From: Candidatus Aenigmatarchaeota archaeon
GTDB lineage: Archaea; Aenigmatarchaeota; Aenigmatarchaeia; GW2011-AR5; JAGGXF01
Reading direction: 5' to 3'
Length of the DNA stretch: 17,827 bases
Assembly (NCBI GenBank): GCA_029932645.1
Contig: JAOZPR010000012.1
Span: forward strand, 1 to 17,827
In this document: positions 1 to 8,893 of the stretch, piece after piece
Layout: every line of letters starts with the position of its first letter
Numbering within the stretch: the stretch's first letter is position 1
Made by a program: the position numbers and the translations under genes
Notes under the pieces: model-generated
Told to the model about the DNA's origin: nothing
The model's database searches: none
What the model saw: only the letters and a program-made list of their open reading frames with translations

Positions 1-522
1 CAAAACCCAGTGTATACCGTAAAATCCGGAGTATGCCAGGATGAGATACATTATAAGCCTGCCTACGAAAACTGCCAGAAAGAATTTCTTTGGGTCGTAT
101 CTAAGAGCGCCAGAAATCAGGCCAATAACATCTGTGGGCAGCGGCGTGGCTGAAAATACAACAATAACTAGAAATGCGCCGTATTTTTTAATCCATTGGC
201 GGGTTTGTAAGAATATCTGAAGCTTCATCTTCAGCTGCACTGGTTTGCTGCCCTTCTTTGTTCGCCTTGCTGTCAATTTATTAATACCTTTGCCGATTCC
301 GTAACCTACCCCGTATCCTATCATTTCACCTGCTGCAGCGCCAAGCGTCGAAAAAAAGGCGACAAGAAAAGGATCAAGTACAGCACCCATTGTGAACACA
401 GTAACAAAGCTGGGTAAAGGAAGTATGATAGAAGCTGAACCGACGAAATTGACTATAACAAGCCCGAGATAACCAAAGCTAGTTATGAACGATTGAGACC
501 ACAGCAAAAAGTTAAAAGGCAT
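1..522 (-). CDS. DedA/VTT-domain (SNARE-associated Golgi protein family) membrane protein, 3' end runs off the window
   Basis: Not in the ORF track. Hand translation from ATG at 522: MPFNFLLWSQSFITSFGYLGLVIVNFVGSASIILPLPSFVTVFTMGAVLDPFLVAFFSTLGAAAGEMIGYGVGY...FSATPLPTDVIGLISGALRYDPKKFFLAVFVGRLIMYLILAYSGFYGIHWVL, open to position 1. The LPLP, GAAAGE-IGY-G and PLP-D-G motifs are typical of DedA/VTT proteins. Confidence 0.88.
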   Translation of the reverse strand, partial: MPFNFLLWSQSFITSFGYLGLVIVNFVGSASIILPLPSFVTVFTMGAVLDPFLVAFFSTLGAAAGEMIGYGVGYGIGKGINKLTARRTKKGSKPVQLKMKLQIFLQTRQWIKKYGAFLVIVVFSATPLPTDVIGLISGALRYDPKKFFLAVFVGRLIMYLILAYSGFYGIHWVL

Positions 523-624
523 AATGTAAATTATAGCAACTGTTTTAAATTGTTTTGCTTGGCTTGTAAGGTCTTCTAAAGAACAAAAACTCAGACTTTT
601 ATTTATTTCTTGTTTATTATTGTT

Positions 625-1245
625 ATGAAAATAGACTTCCATGTGCACACAAATTTTTCAGACGGACTGAACTCTGTAAAAGATGTCTTAAAGCAGGCGA
701 TAAAAATAGGCCTGGATGGAATCATGATAAGCGACCATGATACCACAGAATCCTCGCTCTTCGCCAGAAAAATCATCAAAAGAATGGACAAAAACTTTCT
801 TGTGGTGCCTGGAACAGAAATAACCACGCCCAACGGTGATATACTGGCGATTGGCGTGGACGAGGCATTTACTGGAACACCGCAGGAAATAATAAAGAAA
901 ATTCATGCTGTTGGTGGTCTGGCTGTAGCTGCTCACCCGTTCGGCGGATATTGGCCAAGACCTTTTGTTGCTGATTTTGATAGTTATGCTTTCGACGCCA
1001 TTGAAGTGCTAAACGGTGGTGTAAGTAAAATAGGTAACCAAAAGGCTATGAAACTTGCTAAAGAGCGCGGGCTTCCTGGCACAGCTGGTTCAGATGCGCA
1101 TATTGCAAGCAGCATAGGTTCGTGTTTCACAGTTATCGAAAATGCTCAGGATGTTGAGGATATTAAAAAGGCTATTAAAAAGGGCGCTATGAAAATAAAA
1201 ACTAGGATACCAGAACTAAAAGAATTAATAACTGCTTATAATTGA
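625..1245 (+). CDS. PHP-domain metal-dependent phosphoesterase
   Basis: DFHVHTNFSDG, ISDHD, GTEI, AHPF, IEVLNG and GSDAH motifs. ATG at 625 (MKIDFH) is preferred over the TTG at 610. Confidence 0.92.
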   Translation: MKIDFHVHTNFSDGLNSVKDVLKQAIKIGLDGIMISDHDTTESSLFARKIIKRMDKNFLVVPGTEITTPNGDILAIGVDEAFTGTPQEIIKKIHAVGGLAVAAHPFGGYWPRPFVADFDSYAFDAIEVLNGGVSKIGNQKAMKLAKERGLPGTAGSDAHIASSIGSCFTVIENAQDVEDIKKAIKKGAMKIKTRIPELKELITAYN

Positions 1246-1281
1246 GGTTAGAATTGAGGTCAGGCAACAGGATTGATATAA

Positions 1282-1944
1282 ATGTATTCTGTTATCGTGC
1301 CGATGTATAATGAGGCGAAACACGTAAAGATTGTACTGAACGACTTGGCTAAAAAAAGCCCGGCCGGCCTGAAAGAAATCATAGTTGTCAACGACGGCTC
1401 AAAAGACAACACATGGGAAATACTGAAAGAGCAGCAACGAAAATATAAAAAACTAAAACTGATAAACCTTGCCAATAATCATGGAAAAGGCTATGCCTTG
1501 CGGACTGGCGCGCGAAAGGCAAACACAGAAGACATTATATTCATTGATGGCGACGGACAGCATCATGCATCAGAAATCAAAAGATTTCTGAGAGAGCTGA
1601 AAAACAGTGATATGGTTATAGGACAAAGGAACTTTTTCAGGCTCCCTGTCAACAGAAGATTTACAAACCGATTGAGCAGGATAGCAACACACATACTTAC
1701 GGGACTTAAATTTGGAGACATATTGTGCGGCTTCAGGGCCATAAAGAGACGCGCCTTTCTGTCAATGAACTTAAAAGAAAATGGATATAAAATAGAGATA
1801 GAAATGATACTAAAGGCTGTTAAGAAAAAAATGACTGTTTCCTCTGTTCCGGTGTCTGCGAATTATGACAGGGGGAGCAGGATGCCGCTGCGGGAGAGCA
1901 TAAAAATTGCGAGCTTTTTCATCTGGAAGGTCTTAAGGAGATAA
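1282..1944 (+). CDS. GT2 glycosyltransferase, dolichol/polyprenol-phosphate sugar synthase-like (DPM1-like)
   Basis: VIVPMYNE, VVNDGSKD, NHGKGYA, IDGDGQH, D-LCGFRA, YKIEIEM motifs; soluble 220 aa. Confidence 0.9.
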   Translation: MYSVIVPMYNEAKHVKIVLNDLAKKSPAGLKEIIVVNDGSKDNTWEILKEQQRKYKKLKLINLANNHGKGYALRTGARKANTEDIIFIDGDGQHHASEIKRFLRELKNSDMVIGQRNFFRLPVNRRFTNRLSRIATHILTGLKFGDILCGFRAIKRRAFLSMNLKENGYKIEIEMILKAVKKKMTVSSVPVSANYDRGSRMPLRESIKIASFFIWKVLRR

Positions 1945-2000
1945 TGGTTGCAAAGTTATGAGTTAATAGCTATAGGGGATAATAGCTATGAGGTAATACT

Positions 2001-2345
2001 ATGTTCAAGCAGGTTATTGTGGTAAGAAAAGATATTAAGCTGTCAAAAGGGAAAGCCGCTGCACAGGTTGCCCATGCGTCTGTTGGTGCTTACAGAAAAG
2101 CGAGCCGATTGGCTAAAAAGGCTTGGGAGCTTACCGGCGAGAAAAAGGTTGTTCTGCGTGTCCAGTCTCTTGAAGAAATTATGCGACTGAAAAGAAAAGC
2201 TGATTCTATGAAACTTCCAAACGTGCTGATAAGAGATGCTGGGCTCACAGAAATAAAACCAGGAACTGTTACTACACTTGGAATAGGACCTGCCAGAGGT
2301 GCTAAAATTGATAAGATTACCGGTTCGTTACCGCTGCTGGGATGA
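2001..2345 (+). CDS. pth2: Peptidyl-tRNA hydrolase Pth2
   Basis: KQVIVVRKDIKLSKGKAAAQVAHA, KKVVLRV, DAGLTEIKPGTVT-LGIGP, IDKITGSLPLL; SD GAGGT upstream. Confidence 0.97.
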   Translation: MFKQVIVVRKDIKLSKGKAAAQVAHASVGAYRKASRLAKKAWELTGEKKVVLRVQSLEEIMRLKRKADSMKLPNVLIRDAGLTEIKPGTVTTLGIGPARGAKIDKITGSLPLLG

Positions 2346-2355
2346 CGTTAAACCA

Positions 2356-3357
2356 GTGAGCTGTTTTCTTTCGCGCAAGGAAGATTTTGTTGTCAAAGAG
2401 ATACCACTGCCTGACATCAGACGAAAATTTATAAAATCGAAGAAAGGTCTGAAAAGAGTAAGCGGGCCGTGGACTCTTGCATTAATAAGAAAAAAGGGCT
2501 GGAACACGACAGACCTGCAAAAGGCGATGGCCAAAAAACTTTGCATACCAAAAAAACATATCACTTTTGCCGGCAACAAGGATAAAAACGCTGTGACAGA
2601 GCAGTGGTTCTCAATAAAGGCAAAACTGGACAATATCAAAAAACTAGAACTGAAAAACGTCGATATTCTCGAGATGAGACCATTTAACAAAAGGCTTTTT
2701 CTTGGAGACCTTCTTGGTAATGAATTTGTCATTAGGCTTTGCCTAAAGAAAAAAGTAGACATCAAGAAGATAGAAAAAAACATAAAAATAATAAAAAAGC
2801 TTGGCTTGCCAAACTATTTTGGACCACAAAGGTTTTCCAAGCAAAATCATATAATTGGCTATTACTTGTTGAAAGACAGGAAAAAGGCATTGAAAATGAT
2901 AAACAAATCCTGTAGAAGGAGCTATAAGGAACTTGGCCAAGTGCCGAAAGAGCTTCTCAAGCTATATGTTCATGCGCTCCAGTCGTGGATATTCAATGAG
3001 ACCATAAACAAGTGGCTTGATTGTAGAAGCAGAGCATGCTACAAAGAAATATCAATCGTCGGCTGGAAGACGATATTCAGTAAAAACGAAACAAGTAGTA
3101 TAATAAAGGAAGTTATGAAGAGCATTGACCTAGACTGTCATGATTTCAAGAACTCGCACATCAGGATAATATGTCCACGTGGAGGAAAAAGAAAAATGTT
3201 TATTAAAGTTTCTGACATTAATTATAAGTTAGCAGAGTCGCGCAATCATACTAAACTTGCGCTAAACTTTAAGCTGCCAAAAGGAAGTTACGCAACTGTG
3301 CTACTTGGGCAAATTACCAAGAATCAAATTATAAAAAAGAGATTATCAGAAAGATAA
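2356..3357 (+). CDS. truD: tRNA pseudouridine(13) synthase TruD/Pus7
   Basis: EDFVVKEI, AGNKDKNAVTEQW (catalytic Asp), LGDLLGNEF, PNYFGPQRF, HALQSWIFN, FKLPKGSYAT. Start placed at the in-frame GTG at 2356 just after the pth2 stop; the exact start is uncertain. Confidence 0.93.
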   Translation: MSCFLSRKEDFVVKEIPLPDIRRKFIKSKKGLKRVSGPWTLALIRKKGWNTTDLQKAMAKKLCIPKKHITFAGNKDKNAVTEQWFSIKAKLDNIKKLELKNVDILEMRPFNKRLFLGDLLGNEFVIRLCLKKKVDIKKIEKNIKIIKKLGLPNYFGPQRFSKQNHIIGYYLLKDRKKALKMINKSCRRSYKELGQVPKELLKLYVHALQSWIFNETINKWLDCRSRACYKEISIVGWKTIFSKNETSSIIKEVMKSIDLDCHDFKNSHIRIICPRGGKRKMFIKVSDINYKLAESRNHTKLALNFKLPKGSYATVLLGQITKNQIIKKRLSER

Positions 3358-3388
3358 AGAAATAAGAGAAGAAAATAAAGTGATTGAA

Positions 3389-4624
3389 ATGTCTCCGTTG
3401 GATATTATCTACATGGTTGCCTATTTCATAATTTTGTACTGTTCAGTCCTATGGTTTCTCGTATTCTTTACGAACTATAAAAATGGTGCTAAAAAGACCG
3501 CGCCTCTAAAACTTCCGAGCGTGTCAATAATAGTTCCTGCTTTCAACGAAGAAAGGAACATCTATAATTGTGTACAATCTTTGTTGAATTTGGATTACCC
3601 AAGAAATCTGCTTAAAATTTATGTCGTGAACGACGGTTCAAGAGATGGCACGAGAAAAATATGCGAAAGCTATGCAAAAAAAGGACTTATTCGGCTGATA
3701 AACCAGAAAAACCAGGGGAAGGCAGCAGCCATGAATAATGCACTCAAACGTGTAAAAACAGAATATGTTGTCTCTATGGACGCTGATTCTATCGCGGAGA
3801 GAGAGTTTCTTAGAAAAATGGTAGCCCATGCCGATAATAAAATTAGTATTATTACACCCGCGCCAAAGGTCATGAAAAAAGACAACTGGATAGAAAAAAT
3901 ACAATATGTAGAATACATGTTCTCAATTTTTTTGAGAAAGGCGTTTACTTTTTTCGACTCTCAGTATGTCGCACCTGGTCCGGGCTCAATGTACAAGACC
4001 GAAGTCCTTAAAAAACTGGGCGGATTCGACACAAACAGCGCTGTGGAAGACATGGAAATAGCATTCAGATTTTTCGAAAAAGGTTACAAGCTAGATAACT
4101 GCGAAAATGCATATGTTTATACAAGAACGCCAAAAAGTTTCAAGGACCTGCTTAAACAGAGACTAAGGTGGTATAAAGGATATTTTCAGACTGTTGCACA
4201 GTATTCCCATATGAGATTCAACAGAAAGTTTGGAAACCTTGGTCTCTTCCTCCTGCCAATGAACTATGTGTGGGTTTTATTAATGATATTCATTACATCT
4301 AGCTTTCTTTTCAACACTGTGAACACACTCGTCAACTCTGCTGAAACCGTTGTTCTTGTGAACAATGATATAGTGCCTTTGGTGACACGAATGGAACTTC
4401 CAACTGTTATGAATCTGAGTGTCTATTCTATCTTCTTCGCCATTTTTTCAGTACTCTCTATAATAACAATCATCGTGAGTGTAAAGGTGTCTGGAGAAAA
4501 AATAAAAATAAAGGAAGACTGCCTTTCATATCTACTGTTTATCTTATTGTACCCTGTCCTGATCACCGTATTCTGGACAATGGGCCTTAAAAAACATCTA
4601 TTTGGAGATGCTGTAAAATGGTAA
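3389..4624 (+). CDS. Membrane-embedded processive GT2 glycosyltransferase (PgaC/IcaA/cellulose-synthase-like)
   Basis: N-terminal TM helix, VPAFNE, NDGSRD, GKAAAMN, DADS, VED and QRLRW (D,D,D,QxxRW signature), then C-terminal TM helices. ATG at 3389 is preceded by GTGA; GTG at 3380 is an alternative start. Confidence 0.92.
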   Translation: MSPLDIIYMVAYFIILYCSVLWFLVFFTNYKNGAKKTAPLKLPSVSIIVPAFNEERNIYNCVQSLLNLDYPRNLLKIYVVNDGSRDGTRKICESYAKKGLIRLINQKNQGKAAAMNNALKRVKTEYVVSMDADSIAEREFLRKMVAHADNKISIITPAPKVMKKDNWIEKIQYVEYMFSIFLRKAFTFFDSQYVAPGPGSMYKTEVLKKLGGFDTNSAVEDMEIAFRFFEKGYKLDNCENAYVYTRTPKSFKDLLKQRLRWYKGYFQTVAQYSHMRFNRKFGNLGLFLLPMNYVWVLLMIFITSSFLFNTVNTLVNSAETVVLVNNDIVPLVTRMELPTVMNLSVYSIFFAIFSVLSIITIIVSVKVSGEKIKIKEDCLSYLLFILLYPVLITVFWTMGLKKHLFGDAVKW

Positions 4625-5277
4625 AAAGAAAAATAAATACCAAAACCTATGTACTGGCAGCCGTATTCACGGCGATAATATTTCTTACGGGCATATCTCT
4701 GGATCGTATGCTAACAAACACAAAGAGCGAAGTTCTGATAAATTATATTAAAGAAATAGAAGAAGAACAAATCAACACACAGCTGGAGTTTCTGCTTTTA
4801 GAGAGGGTGGGAAAGAATAATACATGTGACTTGCTGGACTATGAAATTACAAGACTCGGAGAAACCGGAGAGCAGACAAGGATAGAGGTTGCTAAATATG
4901 AAGAATCTGGAAAAATATATACAACAGAATTTAAAAATCTGAAAAAAAAATATACGTCCCTACTTATAAGAAACTGGCTATTCTTCAAGGAATTCAAAGA
5001 AAATTGCAACTCAAACATGAGTATAGTTCTTTATTTCTATTCCAATGAGTATTGCGACGACTGCAGTCAGCAGGGAGCGGTCCTTACATATATGCAGAGA
5101 AAATATCCTGTCATAAAAGTGATAGCCCTGGACGCTGACCTTGATATGAATGTAATGAAACTAATGAAAAGGCTATACAATATAGAAGAAGTTACTGAAC
5201 CTGTCCTAATAATAAATGAGGAAAGGCACGAAGGACTTAAGAGCCGAGGTGACTTGGAAGAGATATTGGAACTGTGA
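4618..5277 (+). CDS. Membrane-anchored protein with C-terminal thioredoxin-like fold (CxxC)
   Basis: N-terminal TM, helical region, then VLYFYSNEYCDDC...EPVLIIN (CxxC and cis-Pro-like loop). Overlaps the GT2 stop by 7 bp. Confidence 0.75.
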   Translation: MVKRKINTKTYVLAAVFTAIIFLTGISLDRMLTNTKSEVLINYIKEIEEEQINTQLEFLLLERVGKNNTCDLLDYEITRLGETGEQTRIEVAKYEESGKIYTTEFKNLKKKYTSLLIRNWLFFKEFKENCNSNMSIVLYFYSNEYCDDCSQQGAVLTYMQRKYPVIKVIALDADLDMNVMKLMKRLYNIEEVTEPVLIINEERHEGLKSRGDLEEILEL

Positions 5278-5391
5278 ACAGGTCCACCTAAAGATATTTC
5301 TCTACCGCCTTTAGATGTTGAGCATCTACAGGGGGCTATAATCTTGTGCAACGTGTGAAAATGTAATAAAGCTTATGACTTATTTAATATT

Positions 5392-6813
5392 ATGCCAAAA
5401 TTCATACCAAAGCTCGGTAACTATGAAAAGATCTTGTTGTTAATCCTAATTATTTCGCTTGCCGCAAAAATTCAAATACCTGAAAAAAGAGCGCTCTGGT
5501 GGGATGAATCTGTATACTTAGGACTGGCTGAGAATATCTATTTTGAGCATAGTTATCATTTTAATATTGGAGACCAGGAACAGTTCAGGCCTCCTCTGTT
5601 GCCACTATTGCTAGCACTCGCGTATCCTATGTTTGGCTCTTTCGAAAGCGCAGGAATTTTTTTGAACATACTGATATCTCTGGTTAGTATATTAGTAATG
5701 TACTATATTGTGGGCAAGGTCTATAACAAAAGGTATGGTATCCTGGCAGCTTTCATCATGGCTACCAGCACAGAGTACATATTCTGGAGCTCGAAAATAT
5801 TAACAGAAACGCTAAGTCTGTTGCTAATCATCGTTTCTCTTTATTTGTTCTATATGGCATTCGAAAAAAACAGAAAGGAATTTTATCCATATCTCGGCCT
5901 AATAACTGCATTAGCATTTTTGCTGAGATATCCGAACGGCCTTTTAATTCCATTCTTTATTATCTATGCGCTTTATCGAAGAAACCTGAAAAAACTGATT
6001 AATAGGAAGGCTCTTCTTGGCCTAATTACATTCCTTATGTTGTTAACCCCATGGGTAGCTATGAACTATAAGAATTATGAAAACCCGTTAGGAGGGGCAA
6101 GTTATAATTTTAATCTGATTAACAATATGACACCTTGGCATATGCCATTATTCTACTTAACAGAATTTGTGACACACTTCCAAACATTGACAATAGTAAT
6201 GATTATTGGGTTGTTAATAGTGATTAAAAGACGGGAGAAAAAAGATATCTTTTTTGCTATATGGGCATTCATAACGCTGCTGTTTTTTAGTCTTCTTGTC
6301 GGGCAAAAGCATTTTAGATACATTATCATTGCTCTGCCATCCATAACGATTATGTCTGTTTATGGGTTGGACTATTTAACCAAAATTTTCAGAAATAAAA
6401 AATATGAAAAAATTATAATTTTCCTGTTTGTTATATTAATGTTGATGCCAGCTTACGGGGCTTACTGCATTTCCTATGAAAATCTGAATTCCCGAATGTC
6501 GCTTCGTGACGCTGCTGAATATATAAAATCGATAGCACCGGAAAACTGTTATATAATGGGGCAACCATATCCTATGCTACACTACTATACAAAACATAAG
6601 GTAGTCGGATACCCAAAAAAACAAGAGGATATACCGAAATTTATGAAAAAATATAACATATCGTTCGTGGTTTATGAAAATTCAGAAACATATCCTGCGT
6701 ATGCTGAAACTTGGCTGGAGAACAATGAGAGCCTCGTGAAAATCTTTGAAAAAAGAGAAAACGAATACTTTGTGAAAGTTTATAAGTATGCTCTCCCTGA
6801 GAAAAATCAATAA
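5392..6813 (+). CDS. GT-C fold glycosyltransferase (PMT/ArnT-like, GT39/GT83-like)
   Basis: WWDESVY in the first loop, RPPLLP, LTETL, multiple TM helices, RYII-LP, C-terminal soluble domain. Confidence 0.88.
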   Translation: MPKFIPKLGNYEKILLLILIISLAAKIQIPEKRALWWDESVYLGLAENIYFEHSYHFNIGDQEQFRPPLLPLLLALAYPMFGSFESAGIFLNILISLVSILVMYYIVGKVYNKRYGILAAFIMATSTEYIFWSSKILTETLSLLLIIVSLYLFYMAFEKNRKEFYPYLGLITALAFLLRYPNGLLIPFFIIYALYRRNLKKLINRKALLGLITFLMLLTPWVAMNYKNYENPLGGASYNFNLINNMTPWHMPLFYLTEFVTHFQTLTIVMIIGLLIVIKRREKKDIFFAIWAFITLLFFSLLVGQKHFRYIIIALPSITIMSVYGLDYLTKIFRNKKYEKIIIFLFVILMLMPAYGAYCISYENLNSRMSLRDAAEYIKSIAPENCYIMGQPYPMLHYYTKHKVVGYPKKQEDIPKFMKKYNISFVVYENSETYPAYAETWLENNESLVKIFEKRENEYFVKVYKYALPEKNQ

Positions 6814-6940
6814 CTCTCGAACAGCTTGCCCAGCCTGTTTTCGTGAATTCTTTTATATGCCTCTTGCCAACCATGGGATACCACAAAAAGATTATGATAA
6901 AACGCGAAAAGGAATATATCTTCATACGTCCTTGGTTTAT

Positions 6941-7891
6941 TTATTTTTGCCTGTTTTTTGTTTTCATATGCCTTTCAAAAAGCTGCAAGCTAAATGCGCC
7001 CAAAAGAATAGCAAACCATAGCGTGCACAGCCTAAAAATTACTATAATACCGACCGCAGATGATGTTGGTATTCTTATACGAGACAAGAAAAAATATAAA
7101 CCTCCCTCGATAACACCAAACCCGCCCGGTATCATGCTTATTCCAGAAAGCAGAGAGCATAAAGAAAAAATAGATATAACCTGCATAAACGGCACTTTGA
7201 AGCCAAATCCAGACACAATAAGCCACAAAACCGTTCCTTCCAAGAACCATGAAGCTGCGCCCAAGATTGCTGTGTAGGCGATTACCTGTTTGTTGAACAA
7301 CTTTTTCATCGAGCGCTGAAATTGCCTAGTTTTTCTCACCTTTTTTCCGGTTATTCTAAGTGTGATAGATTCTATTTTTTTGGTGAACCATTCGGTTGTA
7401 AGAACTGCTAGAAAAATAAAAATCGCGACTATAACCAAAGAAACTACAGTAAGACTGTGTACTGGCTTATAAATAAAAAATGGTGACGCGAGCAAGAGCA
7501 GCATAGAAAAACCAATAAGGTCGCCAAGCCTCTCCATGACTACCACAGGTGCTGTCTTGCTCTTATCCACGCCTTCTGCCCTTTTCAACAAAAGGCATTT
7601 CAGGAACTCGCCGATCTTCCCGGGTGTAATCGTCATTGAAAGCCCTGAAAAAAAGACTAATCTACTCATCTTTGGCCTAACTTTAAGTATGCTCAGAAGA
7701 TATGACCATCTTTTCATCCTTATGAAATAACCAGTAAAGACCAGTAGCAGTGAGAGTAAAACTATTGATAAGTTAAAATGCGCCAGAGCATCGAGAACGC
7801 GATCCGCATCAGCCAGAGCAAAAATCAGGAAATAGAGCAAAAGCCCGACTATGATAGACTTTGTTAGCAGCCCTTCAATCTTTTTTATCAT
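6941..7891 (-). CDS. UPF0104 / lysylphosphatidylglycerol-synthase TM-region (flippase-like) membrane protein
   Basis: R--RW--LL, TPGKIGE, ERLGD, PGGFGVIEG and FRL motifs; polytopic; SD AGGTG upstream of the ATG. Confidence 0.88.
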   Translation of the reverse strand: MIKKIEGLLTKSIIVGLLLYFLIFALADADRVLDALAHFNLSIVLLSLLLVFTGYFIRMKRWSYLLSILKVRPKMSRLVFFSGLSMTITPGKIGEFLKCLLLKRAEGVDKSKTAPVVVMERLGDLIGFSMLLLLASPFFIYKPVHSLTVVSLVIVAIFIFLAVLTTEWFTKKIESITLRITGKKVRKTRQFQRSMKKLFNKQVIAYTAILGAASWFLEGTVLWLIVSGFGFKVPFMQVISIFSLCSLLSGISMIPGGFGVIEGGLYFFLSRIRIPTSSAVGIIVIFRLCTLWFAILLGAFSLQLFERHMKTKNRQK

Positions 7892-7982
7892 CTAGACACC
7901 TGCTTTGCATTCTTTCCCGGTTTCTAGAACTTCCTATTATCCTAGACACCTGCTTTGCATTCCTGAGATTCTAGAACTTCCT
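7892..7982. repeat. Two-copy bipartite tandem repeat (21-bp block A + 14-bp block B)
   Basis: A = CTAGACACCTGCTTTGCATTC at 7892-7912 and 7942-7962; B = TTCTAGAACTTCCT at 7922-7935 and 7969-7982; linkers of 9, 6 and 6 nt. Confidence 0.95.
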
Positions 7983-8002
7983 CGCGATGAGCGAGAATCA
8001 AA

Positions 8003-8860
8003 TCACGTATATATAAGTATGACCATGACAATCCACAATATCATGCCGGCTAGCATCTGTCTGTCCTTGAAAATCTTGCTCGGGCTCGCGCATATTTCCT
8101 TGCGACACGAGACAAAATACATATATCTGAATAGCAAGAACAACGCAACAGGCATGGTTGTCATCATGAGATGTTCTCCTTTCATTATACAATATATCGC
8201 ATAAGAAATGAACAAGGTACTCAAAGAGAATGTTATAAAGATGTTCAGTAGCCTCTTATCATCGCTGTTGTACAAGCCCAGAGCAGCGCGATGAGACACT
8301 GCCCTGTTTTTGAGCATATCCAGCTCTGCTTTTCTTTTGCCGAGAGCCAAGACCATTGCTAATAGAAACGTACATAAAATAAGCCATGATGAAACCGGGA
8401 CTTGTATAAGCAGCCCGCCCACAAACGCGCGCAAAACAAAGTTAGTGCTGATTACTATCACATCTAGTATGAATATCTGCTTGAGCTTCATGCTATAACC
8501 TAGACCCAGAATAAAAAACAGCGCCACGCCCAGAAAGAACATTTTGTCAAGCATGAATGAAAGATATACTGTAGGGACAAAGAGCAACAATCCAAATAAT
8601 CCAGCCTGCTTTTTTGTCACAGCACCGGATGGTATTGGTCTCTTCTTCTTTTGCGGATGCTTTCTGTCGTTGTCAGCGTCTTTGATATCGTTTATAATAT
8701 AGACGACAGATGACATCAGACACAAGAGCACAAAGCCATACACAGTTCGCATAGTAAGCGAAAGATTTGCTAAATTGTGGGAGAAAATGAGCGCAACAAA
8801 TATGACAATATTCTTATACCACTGGTGTGGTCGCATGAGTTTTATGAAATCCCTTAACAT
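8003..8860 (-). CDS. UbiA-family decaprenyl(polyprenyl)-phosphate phosphoribosyltransferase-like protein
   Basis: MRPHQWYKN, YIINDIKD-DNDRKHPQKKKRPIPSG, YSMKLK, DV, FVLRA-G, GKRKAEL, HR-L-Y: the pattern of the DPPR-synthase subfamily of UbiA. Confidence 0.88.
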   Translation of the reverse strand: MLRDFIKLMRPHQWYKNIVIFVALIFSHNLANLSLTMRTVYGFVLLCLMSSVVYIINDIKDADNDRKHPQKKKRPIPSGAVTKKQAGLFGLLLFVPTVYLSFMLDKMFFLGVALFFILGLGYSMKLKQIFILDVIVISTNFVLRAFVGGLLIQVPVSSWLILCTFLLAMVLALGKRKAELDMLKNRAVSHRAALGLYNSDDKRLLNIFITFSLSTLFISYAIYCIMKGEHLMMTTMPVALFLLFRYMYFVSCRKEICASPSKIFKDRQMLAGMILWIVMVILIYT

Positions 8861-8893
8861 GCTATCTATCTCTTATGGATTTTCAGCTTTTAT

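Noticed and set aside
2299..2355. Longer truD start overlapping pth2
   Set aside because: 47-bp overlap with no TruD-like sequence; an in-frame GTG is available after the pth2 stop.
7892..7982. Mini CRISPR array
   Set aside because: Only two units, linkers of 6-9 nt are far too short for spacers, and there are no cas genes in the window.
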